A stretch of DNA of 64,000 nucleotides from an uncultured bacterium (GTDB taxonomy: Bacteria; Krumholzibacteriota; Krumholzibacteriia; Krumholzibacteriales; Krumholzibacteriaceae): NCBI GenBank assembly GCA_963786935.1, contig CAWBAN010000004.1, positions 128,001-192,000 of the forward strand. The letters are read 5' to 3'. A program made the translations under genes and the position numbers. Every line of letters starts with the position of its first letter. Within the stretch, counting starts at the first letter, position 1. This document shows positions 9,623-18,900 of this stretch, piece after piece. A model generated the notes under the pieces. It did not search any database, was not told the DNA's origin, and saw only the letters and a program-made list of their open reading frames with translations.

Positions 9623-10020
9623 TATGTAGGCTTGCGGTGTGCCTGGAACCGGAGCGGATGATGTTGCGAACAACGAAGGGGCCGGGGGGTGGTGGTTAGT
9701 GAGGGAAATGCCCCTATTATGGAGTGTCCCGCGATACCGAGATGGGGAATGCGACTCCTCCCCTCGTGTGTCTTGCCTATGCACCTCCGCGACCGTATAT
9801 TCCCCGCGCACACATCGGCGCCTGATGGCTTCCCGGCCTGAGTGGCGCCGTTCTCCTGTGTCGTCTCCTCGCCATAGAGCCGCCTCGAGGACCCAGCAGG
9901 TCGGAATACCATCGGTGCCTGACTTGCGTGCCAGAGCCGCTTTTCCATCCTGGCAAGCTAGCGCATATTGAGAATTCTAAGCTGGCACTTTAGAAAACTC
10001 AAAGATGATGTTTTGGGCCG

Positions 10021-10110
10021 CATGGGCGGCACCGACGGGGCCCCTGCCGGGCAGCGCAGCTCGCCCTGCGAGCGAGCACGTGCGGGGTGCAATCGCCGAC
10101 AGAACCCGCG
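10021..10110 (+). repeat. Repeat family B, long copy
   Basis: Similar along ~90 bp to the reverse complement of 46460-46547; core GCGGGGTGCAATCGCCGACAGAACCCGCG. Confidence 0.8.
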
Positions 10111-10137
10111 CATCGGGACGGAGGCCGCAGGGCATTG

Positions 10138-10209
10138 GGCGACGGACATTCCCGCGACGAGCGCATTGGAGGCTCTGCGACTGCGCGCGGAGCGGGAATG
10201 TCCGTCGCC
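10138..10209 (-). repeat. Repeat family A hairpin, inverted orientation
   Basis: Stem GGCGACGGACATTCCCGC/GCGGGAATGTCCGTCGCC enclosing the reverse complement of GTCGCAGAGCCTCCAA. Confidence 0.88.
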
Positions 10210-10217
10210 TGCGGGCG

Positions 10218-11375
10218 CTACTTCGCCCGCCCGAGCTCGATCCCCAGCGCCTCGGCCGTCCGCACGAGCTGTCCCTTCGGGTCGACCCGCTTGATCCCGT
10301 GAATCGCCGCCGTGATCGGCACCGATTCGATCCGTCTCCCCTTGAGGCACACCATATGTCCGAATTTCCCCGCGGCGATGAGGTTCACCGCCTCGACGCC
10401 GAAGCGCGTCGCGAGGATCCGGTCGAAGGTCGTCGGCATGCCTCCCCGTTGCAGGTGCCCGAGCACGGCGACGCGCGTCTCGAGGCTCGTGCAGAGGGAT
10501 ATCTTGTCCGCGACCCATTTGGCGATCCCGCCGAGGCGCCCCGGCGTGCCGTCCGCGCCCGGCTGCTTCTCGTAGATCTTCTCTCCGCCGGCGGCGTAGG
10601 CCCCCTCGGCCACGACGACGATGCTGAAGCGGCTCCCCGTGCGTTTGCGTGTTTCGATGTGGTCACAGATCTCGCCGAGGTCGAAGGGGATCTCGGGAAG
10701 GAGGATCACGTCGGCGCCGCCCGCGATTCCCGCCTCGAGGGCGATCCATCCGCAGTCGCGCCCCATGACCTCGAGGACGAGAACGCGGTGGTGGCTCTCC
10801 GCGGTCGTGTGGAGCTTGTCGAGCGCGTCGGTCGCCGTGTTGACGGCGCTGTTGAATCCGAAGGTCACGTCCGTCGCCTCGAGATCGTTGTCGATCGTCT
10901 TCGGGACCCCGACGACTTTCACGCCCTTTTCGAAAAGAGCCTGCGTGATCTTCATCGTTCCGTCGCCGCCGACCGTCACGAGGCAGTCGATCCCGAGCCG
11001 TTTTATGTTCCGGACGATTTCGCCCGAGACGTCCTTGAATACCGTCTTTCCGTTTTCGCGCACCGGATAGTGCAGCGGGTTCCCCCGGTTCGAGGTGCCG
11101 AGGATCGTACCGCCGCGCGCCTGAATGCCGCGCACGTCGTGGGAGTAGAGCATCCGGTGGGCGTCGGTCCTGAGGAGGCCGTCGAATCCGTCCTGAACGC
11201 CGAGCACCTCCCATTGGTGCTCGAGCACGGCCGCCCGCACGACGCCGCGTATGACGGCGTTGAGCCCGGGGCAGTCGCCGCCGCCGGTGAGGATGCCGAT
11301 GCGCTCAATGCCTTTCGCTTCTCGTCCCGCCGGGTTCTTCGCCCGCCCTCGTGCGCTCCGTTTCGTCTTGGCCAT
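10218..11375 (-). CDS. pfkA: 6-phosphofructokinase (PfkA family)
   Basis: ILTGGGDCPGLNAVIR, GGTILGTS, GGDGT, PKTIDND, EVMGR and LGHLQRGG motifs. Confidence 0.93.
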   Translation of the reverse strand: MAKTKRSARGRAKNPAGREAKGIERIGILTGGGDCPGLNAVIRGVVRAAVLEHQWEVLGVQDGFDGLLRTDAHRMLYSHDVRGIQARGGTILGTSNRGNPLHYPVRENGKTVFKDVSGEIVRNIKRLGIDCLVTVGGDGTMKITQALFEKGVKVVGVPKTIDNDLEATDVTFGFNSAVNTATDALDKLHTTAESHHRVLVLEVMGRDCGWIALEAGIAGGADVILLPEIPFDLGEICDHIETRKRTGSRFSIVVVAEGAYAAGGEKIYEKQPGADGTPGRLGGIAKWVADKISLCTSLETRVAVLGHLQRGGMPTTFDRILATRFGVEAVNLIAAGKFGHMVCLKGRRIESVPITAAIHGIKRVDPKGQLVRTAEALGIELGRAK

Positions 11376-11736
11376 TGAAATATTTCCTTTCGGGCTGCGA
11401 CCGTCGCCTGTAGCATCTTTGCCGCCCATCATATTCATATCGCGATCGTAGTGGTAGGCAAAAAGAGAGGGTTGTATGGTCTTCGATCCTTCGCGGCCCG
11501 GCTCGATTCGCTTATCCGCTGATCGAGAAATCGCCGCAATTCTCGTAAAATCAAACTGTTGCGATTTTCCGCGCCGGGACGCCGCTTTTTCCTCCGCTGC
11601 CCCAATGATTTCTTGACGCCGTTTTGGGAATCTGCTATTTTTCGCTTTCAAAAAATGCGACTGAGCAGTACATTACTCGGAATTCAGGAATCGCATAGCC
11701 GCACTATCAATCAGGCGAAAGGAGGTGTACCCAACA

Positions 11737-12045
11737 ATGAGGACTATTATTATTCTGTGCCTGGCTCTCTTGATAGCGCTCTCTTTCGGCTGCTCGAAGA
11801 AGAAAGAGGAAGCGCCAAAGACTGAAACGGCCCAGGAGGAAATGAGCAAGGCCGGGCAGATAAGCCCGACTTACGACGTGGTGAGCAAGGAGGAGATCGA
11901 CATTACGACGTCTCCTTACTCGTTCGAGTACAACGGTGTGATCTACTACTTCGCGAACGCCGAGAATATGGAAGCGTTCAAGGCCGATCCGGCGAAGTAT
12001 ATGACACCGACCGATAGCACGATCGCTCCGCCCCAGGGCCAGTAA
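11737..12045 (+). CDS. YHS-domain lipoprotein
   Basis: Lipobox LSFGC; FEYNGVIYYFANAENMEAFKADPAKY; AAGGAGGT RBS. Confidence 0.78.
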   Translation: MRTIIILCLALLIALSFGCSKKKEEAPKTETAQEEMSKAGQISPTYDVVSKEEIDITTSPYSFEYNGVIYYFANAENMEAFKADPAKYMTPTDSTIAPPQGQ

Positions 12046-12121
12046 CGGTCTGAAGGCGCGGTGCCGATCCGGAAGACGCGATCCCTATTGCATTATGCGA
12101 GGGGATTGCAGATAGAGAGAT

Positions 12122-12147
12122 AAAGCCCCCACCCGGGGGCTTTTTTC
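12122..12147 (+). terminator. Rho-independent terminator
   Basis: AAAGCCCCC...GGGGGCTTTTTT. Confidence 0.75.
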
Positions 12148-12311
12148 ATGGGCGCGAAATGCCCCGATGTTCCTCTTTGTTCCTTCTTCGTTCCTGTTTT
12201 GTCGCGTGGCCGATAACTCGTTGAATGTTTAGTGGTTGCCGCGTCCCGTCTCGCCTTTCCCGTTCCCGCCCCGATCCCTCGCAATCATGGAAACGCCCTT
12301 GGTTTCGCGCC

Positions 12312-12327
12312 TTGGAACACCACTTGC
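12312..12327 (+). promoter_or_regulatory. Probable sigma54 (-24/-12) promoter of the DUF11 operon
   Basis: TTGGAACACCACTTGC gives exact GG-N10-GC spacing with TTGC, about 175 bp before the first gene. Confidence 0.6.
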
Positions 12328-12502
12328 CCCCGCCCGCATCGAGCAAAGTGTCGTTGCGCCTGCCGTCACCGTCGCCTCCCCGGCGACGGTGCGGGGAGAG
12401 CGCCACCATTTCCTTAACGGGTCCTACCAGGAGGGACTGCTTGAATCGTCGCGCACCGGCAACGAAACGCTCTTGGAGGAAAACTGAAGGAGGGATCGGC
12501 AG

Positions 12503-12991
12503 ATGAGAACGTGCCTCACGATGGCGGTTCTTTTCGTGATCCTCGTCGCGGCTTCCGCATCCGCGTTCGGCGGCCCGAACCTCGCCGGAACTATGGAAGC
12601 CCGCAAGATCGTCATGGGAACGGAAAACAAGGAAATCGCGGTCTCGGCCGAACAGGTGAAACCGCAGGACAAGATCGAGTACACGCTGCGCTACCGGAAC
12701 ATCGGCGACGCGTCGGCCTCCGGCGTGAGCCTCGTCGGCCCGATACCGGCAGGCACCGCGTACCTGAACGAGACGGCGACCGAGAGCGATGCCATGCGGC
12801 CGCTCTTCAGCATCGACGGCGGCGCGAGCTTCCATAAGGCGCCCGTCATGTACGTCGTGAAGAACGAAAAGGGAGAAGACGAGCGCAAGGTGGCTACCCC
12901 CGACATGTACACGCACGTCATGTGGAACGTCGCGAGCGCTCTCGAGGTCGACAAGGAAGTGGCGGTCTCCTATCGCGTGCAGGTGAAGTGA
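12503..12991 (+). CDS. Small exported single (incomplete) DUF11-like Ig-domain protein
   Basis: Signal peptide; VKPQDKIEYTLRYRNIG..ASGV.L.GPIPAGTAY...FSIDGG...HVMW...SYRVQVK-stop. Confidence 0.8.
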   Translation: MRTCLTMAVLFVILVAASASAFGGPNLAGTMEARKIVMGTENKEIAVSAEQVKPQDKIEYTLRYRNIGDASASGVSLVGPIPAGTAYLNETATESDAMRPLFSIDGGASFHKAPVMYVVKNEKGEDERKVATPDMYTHVMWNVASALEVDKEVAVSYRVQVK

Positions 12992-13050
12992 GGAGACCGA
13001 ATAGATAGATGGCAATGCATGGGTTGGACTCAACAAAGGAAGGTGGTCCG

Positions 13051-15741
13051 ATGAGTAAGATTCGGCTCACGGCGGCCCTCGCGCTCGTCGCGCTCTTCGT
13101 CTGCGCTGCCGCGCAGGCGCAGACGCCGGCGGGCACGACGATCCGGAACCAGGCCTCGGCGCGGTTCCAGGATCTCTCGGGCAACTCGTACACCGCGACC
13201 TCGAACGAGGTCATCACGATCGTCCTGCCGGTATACGGCGTTTCGATCCTCCCGGACGACTCGGGGGAGACTCCCCCCGTCACGCCGGCGATGATTCAGA
13301 ACGCCATTCCCGGCCAGACGCTCTACTACAGCTATAACCTGACCAATACGGGTAACGACGCCGACACCTACGCGCTGGCGCCGCTCCTCGACGCCGCCAA
13401 TTCGACGATGACCCTCGGGCTCGGGAGCATCACGATCTACCACGACGTGAACGGCAACGGCGTGCTGGACGGCGGCGAGCCTACGATCTCTTCCGGCGGG
13501 GCGCCGGGGAACCTCGGTCCAATCGCTGCCGGTGCGACAGTGAGTATCCTGGTTTCCTACCAGGTTCCCCCGGCCGCCCTCGCCGGCGAGGTTGCGTACG
13601 TCGGCGTTCAGGGAACCTCCGCCGGAGATCCGGCCCGCATCGATACCCGCAACTACCATATGACGACCGTCGTGAGCGACGCCTCGCTCACCGCGTCGAT
13701 GTCCGGACTCCCGGCGAACGTGAATCCGGGCGCCGTGATCACCTACGCGATCAACGGCTCGAACGTGGGCACGCAGGCGGCCCACGGCGTCCTCGTGGCC
13801 TCCGTCGGTCTCACGGGCGTCTTCATCTATGACGTGCTCCCGACCGATCCGACGACGGGTCTTCCGCTCGCGATCTCCGGCACGCCTTCGGGCTCGCCGG
13901 CGGGCGGGACCGTGTTGTACTTGCCCGCGGGAAGCCCGATGGTCGGCGCTCCCGAGACGTGGGCATGGCAGGCCGTGGCGGGCGCCGGCGACCTCGCCGT
14001 CGCGTACGTCACGAACGGCAATCTCGCGATCGGCCAGTTCTACAACCTGACCTACGACCTCGTCGTACCGTCGACGATGCGCGCCGGCATCATCAACAAC
14101 AGCGGCGCCGTCGCGTACGTGGACAACAATCCGGGCACGCCGGATCCGATCACCGTCACGACGAACAACACGCAGATCACCGTGAACGCGATCGCCAACG
14201 TGCTCGTCGGCCCGTCGGGTCTGCCCGCGGCCGGCACGCCGCCGAACTACGACGACGACATGCAGTCGGTGCCCGTGGCCTACGCGAACACGACCGTGTC
14301 GTTCACGAACACCGTGCGGAACGACGGGAACGCCGCGGACGCGATCAACATCGCGCTCGACGGCGCCTCGACGATTCCCGGGGGATGGAGCGTCCTGTTC
14401 TTCCGGAGCGACGGCGTCACACCGCTCACCGATACCGGAACGGACGGCATTCCCGACGTCGGCGCGCTCAATCCGGGCGCGACGAGAGACTTCATCGTCC
14501 GCATCATCATCCCGGGCGGCGCGAGCGCCGGCGGCCCGTATGACGCCGTCATCCGCGCCAACTCGACGAACAATCCGCTCGAGTCGAACCTGACGACCGA
14601 CCGGATCACGTCGGTGCAGCCCGCGGCCGTCGACATCGGCAACTTCGACGGTCTGCCCGGCACGAACAACGCGACGGTCAACATCAACGCGAATCCAGCC
14701 ACGAACGCCGACTTCGCTCTCGACGTGATCAACACGGCTGGCTCGGCGGACAACTATTCGCTCACCTCGACCGCTCCGGCGGGCTGGACCGTGACGTACT
14801 TCAACGACGCGAACGGCAACGGCCTCCTCGATCTGCCCGAGCTCGCCCCGATCGCCGGCATCGGCCCGGTGGCGGCAGGCAGCGAGGCGCACGTCATCGC
14901 GCGCGTGGCGGTTCCCGTCGGGGTCGGCCCCGGCGTGAACAACGTCGTCTTCCGCGCGACCTCGACGAACAACGGCGCGATATTCGACCAGATCACGGAC
15001 ACCGTGACGATTCTCGCCACGCCGTCCGTCGATATCGCTCCGAACCGCAACGGAACGGGCACCGCCGGCGGCACGGTTCGTTACCAGCACACGGTGACGA
15101 ACACCGGCAACGTCGACGACACGTTCCTGCTGAGCGCCGTGAGCTCCAACGGATGGAGCTACGCGTTCTTCGATCTCGCGAACAACGCGATTGCGGCGGT
15201 CAACCTCGTCGCCGGCGCGTCCCAGGACGTCGTCGTGCAGATTTCGATCCCGGGCGGCGTGCCGAACGGAACGATCGAGACCGGCACGGTCCGCGTCACG
15301 GGGAGCGGCACGGGCGCGACCGACGCGGTCACCGACGTCACGACGATCGTGGCCGGTAACCTCGTGCTCGTGAAGTCGGTCAATCCGGCCGGCGCGCAGC
15401 TGCCGGGCACCGAGCTCACGTACCGGACCGATTATTCGAACGTGGGCACCGCGGATCTCACCGCGATCGCCATCTACGACGCGATTCCCGCGTGGACCCA
15501 GTATCGCGTCGGCTCCGCCACCGTCGGGACTCTCGCGGCCGGCATCACCGGTATCGCGATCGAGTTCTCGAACGACGGCGGCGCGACGTGGACCTACACG
15601 CCGGTGAGCGGCGGCGGCGGCGCCCCGGCGAACTTCGACGCCGGTGTCACGAACGTCCGCTGGACGCTGACCGGCAATCTGGCCGGCGGCAGCGGCACGG
15701 CCGACGGCGTCGGCTTCATCGTAAGGATCGTCGCCGAATAA
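13051..15741 (+). CDS. Exported multi-Ig/DUF11 protein; putative major fibre subunit
   Basis: Signal peptide ending AQA; N-terminal TPAGTTIRNQA; several NxGNxxD Ig repeats; DxNGNG Ca-type loops; C-terminal DUF11 ending GFIVRIVAE. Confidence 0.85.
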   Translation: MSKIRLTAALALVALFVCAAAQAQTPAGTTIRNQASARFQDLSGNSYTATSNEVITIVLPVYGVSILPDDSGETPPVTPAMIQNAIPGQTLYYSYNLTNTGNDADTYALAPLLDAANSTMTLGLGSITIYHDVNGNGVLDGGEPTISSGGAPGNLGPIAAGATVSILVSYQVPPAALAGEVAYVGVQGTSAGDPARIDTRNYHMTTVVSDASLTASMSGLPANVNPGAVITYAINGSNVGTQAAHGVLVASVGLTGVFIYDVLPTDPTTGLPLAISGTPSGSPAGGTVLYLPAGSPMVGAPETWAWQAVAGAGDLAVAYVTNGNLAIGQFYNLTYDLVVPSTMRAGIINNSGAVAYVDNNPGTPDPITVTTNNTQITVNAIANVLVGPSGLPAAGTPPNYDDDMQSVPVAYANTTVSFTNTVRNDGNAADAINIALDGASTIPGGWSVLFFRSDGVTPLTDTGTDGIPDVGALNPGATRDFIVRIIIPGGASAGGPYDAVIRANSTNNPLESNLTTDRITSVQPAAVDIGNFDGLPGTNNATVNINANPATNADFALDVINTAGSADNYSLTSTAPAGWTVTYFNDANGNGLLDLPELAPIAGIGPVAAGSEAHVIARVAVPVGVGPGVNNVVFRATSTNNGAIFDQITDTVTILATPSVDIAPNRNGTGTAGGTVRYQHTVTNTGNVDDTFLLSAVSSNGWSYAFFDLANNAIAAVNLVAGASQDVVVQISIPGGVPNGTIETGTVRVTGSGTGATDAVTDVTTIVAGNLVLVKSVNPAGAQLPGTELTYRTDYSNVGTADLTAIAIYDAIPAWTQYRVGSATVGTLAAGITGIAIEFSNDGGATWTYTPVSGGGGAPANFDAGVTNVRWTLTGNLAGGSGTADGVGFIVRIVAE

Positions 15742-15759
15742 GCGGCTCGAAAGAGGCTG

Positions 15760-15787
15760 TGGCGGGGCGGCATCGGCCGCCCCGCCA
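15760..15787 (+). terminator. Strong GC hairpin without U-tract after the putative major subunit gene
   Basis: TGGCGGGGCGGC-ATCG-GCCGCCCCGCCA. Confidence 0.55.
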
Positions 15788-15932
15788 ACGGCAACTCTCT
15801 CGGGCAGGAGATGCAGCCAAGAGAAGAGAGAAGAATTTGAATAACGAGCTCCGCGGAGTCACAAGCACCCCGAACTGGAGGATGATTCGTTAAGGCGGAT
15901 CAGCCTCTAGTTCGGTTTCTGGAGGTAACAGG

Positions 15933-18900
15933 GTGAGACGGCCATCGACCAGAAGTTCGAGAAGGGGGCAACTCCTTTTCTTGCTTGCGGTTGCGTGGCT
16001 CGCCCTCTTGCCTTCGCTTTCCATGGCCGCCATTCCACCCGCCGGACAGGCAATCACGAGCAGATCGCTCGCGTACTACGAGCGGAGCGGCTCGCGGTGG
16101 AGCGCCTATTCGAACGAAATCACCGTGAACGTTTTGGCCCTGTACGGCCCGGTCGTCGAGCCGAACGGGACGGTTTCCGCGCCGGGCGCCGTCGTCCGCG
16201 CCTTCGCCGGGGAGACGGCGACCTTCGCCTTCAGCCTGAGAAACGCGGGGAACGCGGAAGACGCATTCACCCTGGCGCTCGCGTATCCCGCGCCTTCGGA
16301 CTTCGTTCCGGCGCAGTCGCGCATCTACCTCGACATCGACGGGGACAGCCTCGTCGATCCGGGGGAGCCCGCGGTCACGGATGTCGGATCCCTCGCTTCG
16401 GGCGAGGAGGTCCGGCTCGTCGTTCAGGCCGTGCTTCCCGCCGGCCTCATGGGCGGGGAATCGGCGCACGTCAATCTCGTCGCCCGCTCGCAGGCGGACA
16501 CCTCCGCGTGGGACCGGGACAACGTCGTGAGAATCACGGCCCGCGACGAGGCCGCGGTCTCGCTCGCGCTCGCCGCGGACCGCTCGGCGGCGCTGCCGGG
16601 GGATACGATCGCCTTCACGCTCCAGTTCGCGAACACGGGAGAACGCGCCGCCGCCGGCGTCGTGCCGTCGGCGCCGATCGATCTGGCGGGATCGACGGAG
16701 GGAGCCGACTACGTGAGCGGCTCGGCGGGCTCGTCCGTCGCGGGGAGCTTCGAATACTACGACGCCGCCTCTTCCGCCTGGGTCGCCGCGCCTCCTCCCG
16801 TCGATCGAATCAAGGGCATCCGCCTGCTGGCCGGCGCTCTCGCGCCGGGGGCCGCGGGGAATCTCACGTTCCGGGTGCGTGTGCGGGACGGGAGGGCGGC
16901 GGGCGTCCTGCGCGAAACGGCGGCGGTCGATTACACGGGCGGAAACGCGCAGCCGTACCGTCTCGCGTCGAACGAAGTGACCGTCACCATCGGTCGCGTG
17001 AGCTCGATCGCGATCGGCCCGCGGGGAAATCCGCTGGCCGCCTCGGGAAGCGCCGACGATCGGGTCTTTGCGAACGTCGACGGGAGCAGCGATTCGTATA
17101 CGCTCTGGCATGAGCTCCTGAACGGCGGCAACTTCGCCGACAGCGTGCGCATCGTCCTCGCCGATTCGTCCCTCATCCCGGCCGATTGGGCGATCGAGTT
17201 CGTCGATTCCAACGGCGCGCCGTTTCCGGGCGAGTCCGGGTACCGCGCGGCGGTCGGCACGGTTCCGAGCGGACGCTCGACGATCGTCGGCCTGCGGCTG
17301 AGCGCGACGGCGGAGAGCCTCAGGAGATTCGACGGGCGACAGCTCGTGTTCGCCCTCGAGGCGTCGTCGATCTTCTTCGAGGAGGCGTCGGACCGGGTGG
17401 AGGACGTCCTCGTCAAGGCGAGCATTCCGCTCGTTTCGATCGAGCAGTCGATCCGCGAGCCGACGGCGCAGATCGGCGATATCCTGAGCTTCATCGTGAC
17501 GGTCGAGAACCTGACGGAGGAAACCGCGCTCGACAGCGTCGTCGTGACGGAGGCGCTTTCGCCGGGGCTCGCCTTCGCCGCGGGGAGTCTCGTGCCGCGG
17601 ATCGCGGGGAACGATCTCGAGTGGACGCTCGACGGGCTCGAGCCGGGGGAGCGGCGCGAGATCGTGTTCCGCGCGCGGGTCAAGACGGGGCAGGAGACGG
17701 GGAGGCTCGTGAGCTCGGCGTACGTGCGCGGCGTGACGGATACGGGTGAGCCGGCGTTCGATGGCCCGGCGAGCGCCTCGATCCTCATCGTCGAAGGAAT
17801 ATTCACGCGGCGCGGGATCATCGCGGGCGGCGTGTTCGCGGACGCCGATTCGAACGGCGCCTGGGACGAGGGCGAGCGCGGCGTATGCGGCGTGTCGGTC
17901 TTCATCGACGACGGCACGTACGCGGTGACCGATTCGTTCGGGCTCTATTCGATTCCGGGCGTCGTCGAGGGACGGCACGTCGTGCGGATCGATCCGGCGT
18001 CCGTCCCCGACGGCTTCGAGCCGGGCGCGAGCGGCTTCTACGGGTTCGGCGTCGCCGGCGAGATGCTCGTCGATCTCGCCCCGTCGGGGCACCGGCGCGC
18101 CGATTTCGCGCTCGTCCGGTCGAGCGGCCCGTCACGCGAAGCGGGCGGCGCCGCCGCGGCCGATTCGTCCGCCTCGACGGCGCGCGAGGCGGCCGCCGTC
18201 GCCGCGGCGGAGTCCGGGAGACCGGGGCAGTCGTTCAACGCGATCACCATTCCGAGCTCGCACTTCGAGGCGGGAGAGGCCGCGATCGGAGGCATTCCGC
18301 TGAATCGCGTCGCCGCCCTGTCGCTCTGGATCAAGGATCACCCGGGCTGGAGCATCTACATCGAGGGGCACACCGACAGCATTCCCATCGCGAGCGCCGC
18401 GTATCCGTCGAATCTCGAGCTTTCGATCGCCCGCGCCCGCTCCGTGTTCCAGCTCCTCCGCATGAACGGCATTCCCGAGGAACGCATGGATTACACGGGC
18501 TGCGGCTCGCGGGAGCCGGTCGCGTCGAACGCGGGCGAGGAAGGGCGCGCGCTCAACCGCCGCGTCGAGATACTCATCGTGCCGCCCGCCGATTACACCG
18601 GCGGGGATCCGGGGCTCCCCGAGATCCTCGAGCGCTCCGAGCACAAGGAGTACGCGCTGGCCGATTCGACGGGAATCTGCGCGGGCATCGTCGCGCCGGC
18701 CGAGGGAACGATCTTCTTCTCGCGCGGCGAGATCGACGTCGAAATCGTCTCTCCCCTCGGCTCCGACGTCGAGCTCTACGTGAACGGGCTCCCGGTCGGC
18801 AAGGACCGGATCGGCCTCAAGAAGATCGACATCGCCAGCGGCATCTTCGGCTCGATCTTCTACGGCGTGAAGATCGCCGAGGGCAAGAACGACATCCTCG

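Noticed and set aside
9544..10020. Integron attC sites or a small gene after the TPR gene, including the imperfect inverted repeat at ~9970-10003
   Set aside because: No convincing RYYYAAC/GTTRRRY box pair, no integrase, and the short ORFs lack RBS or recognisable motifs
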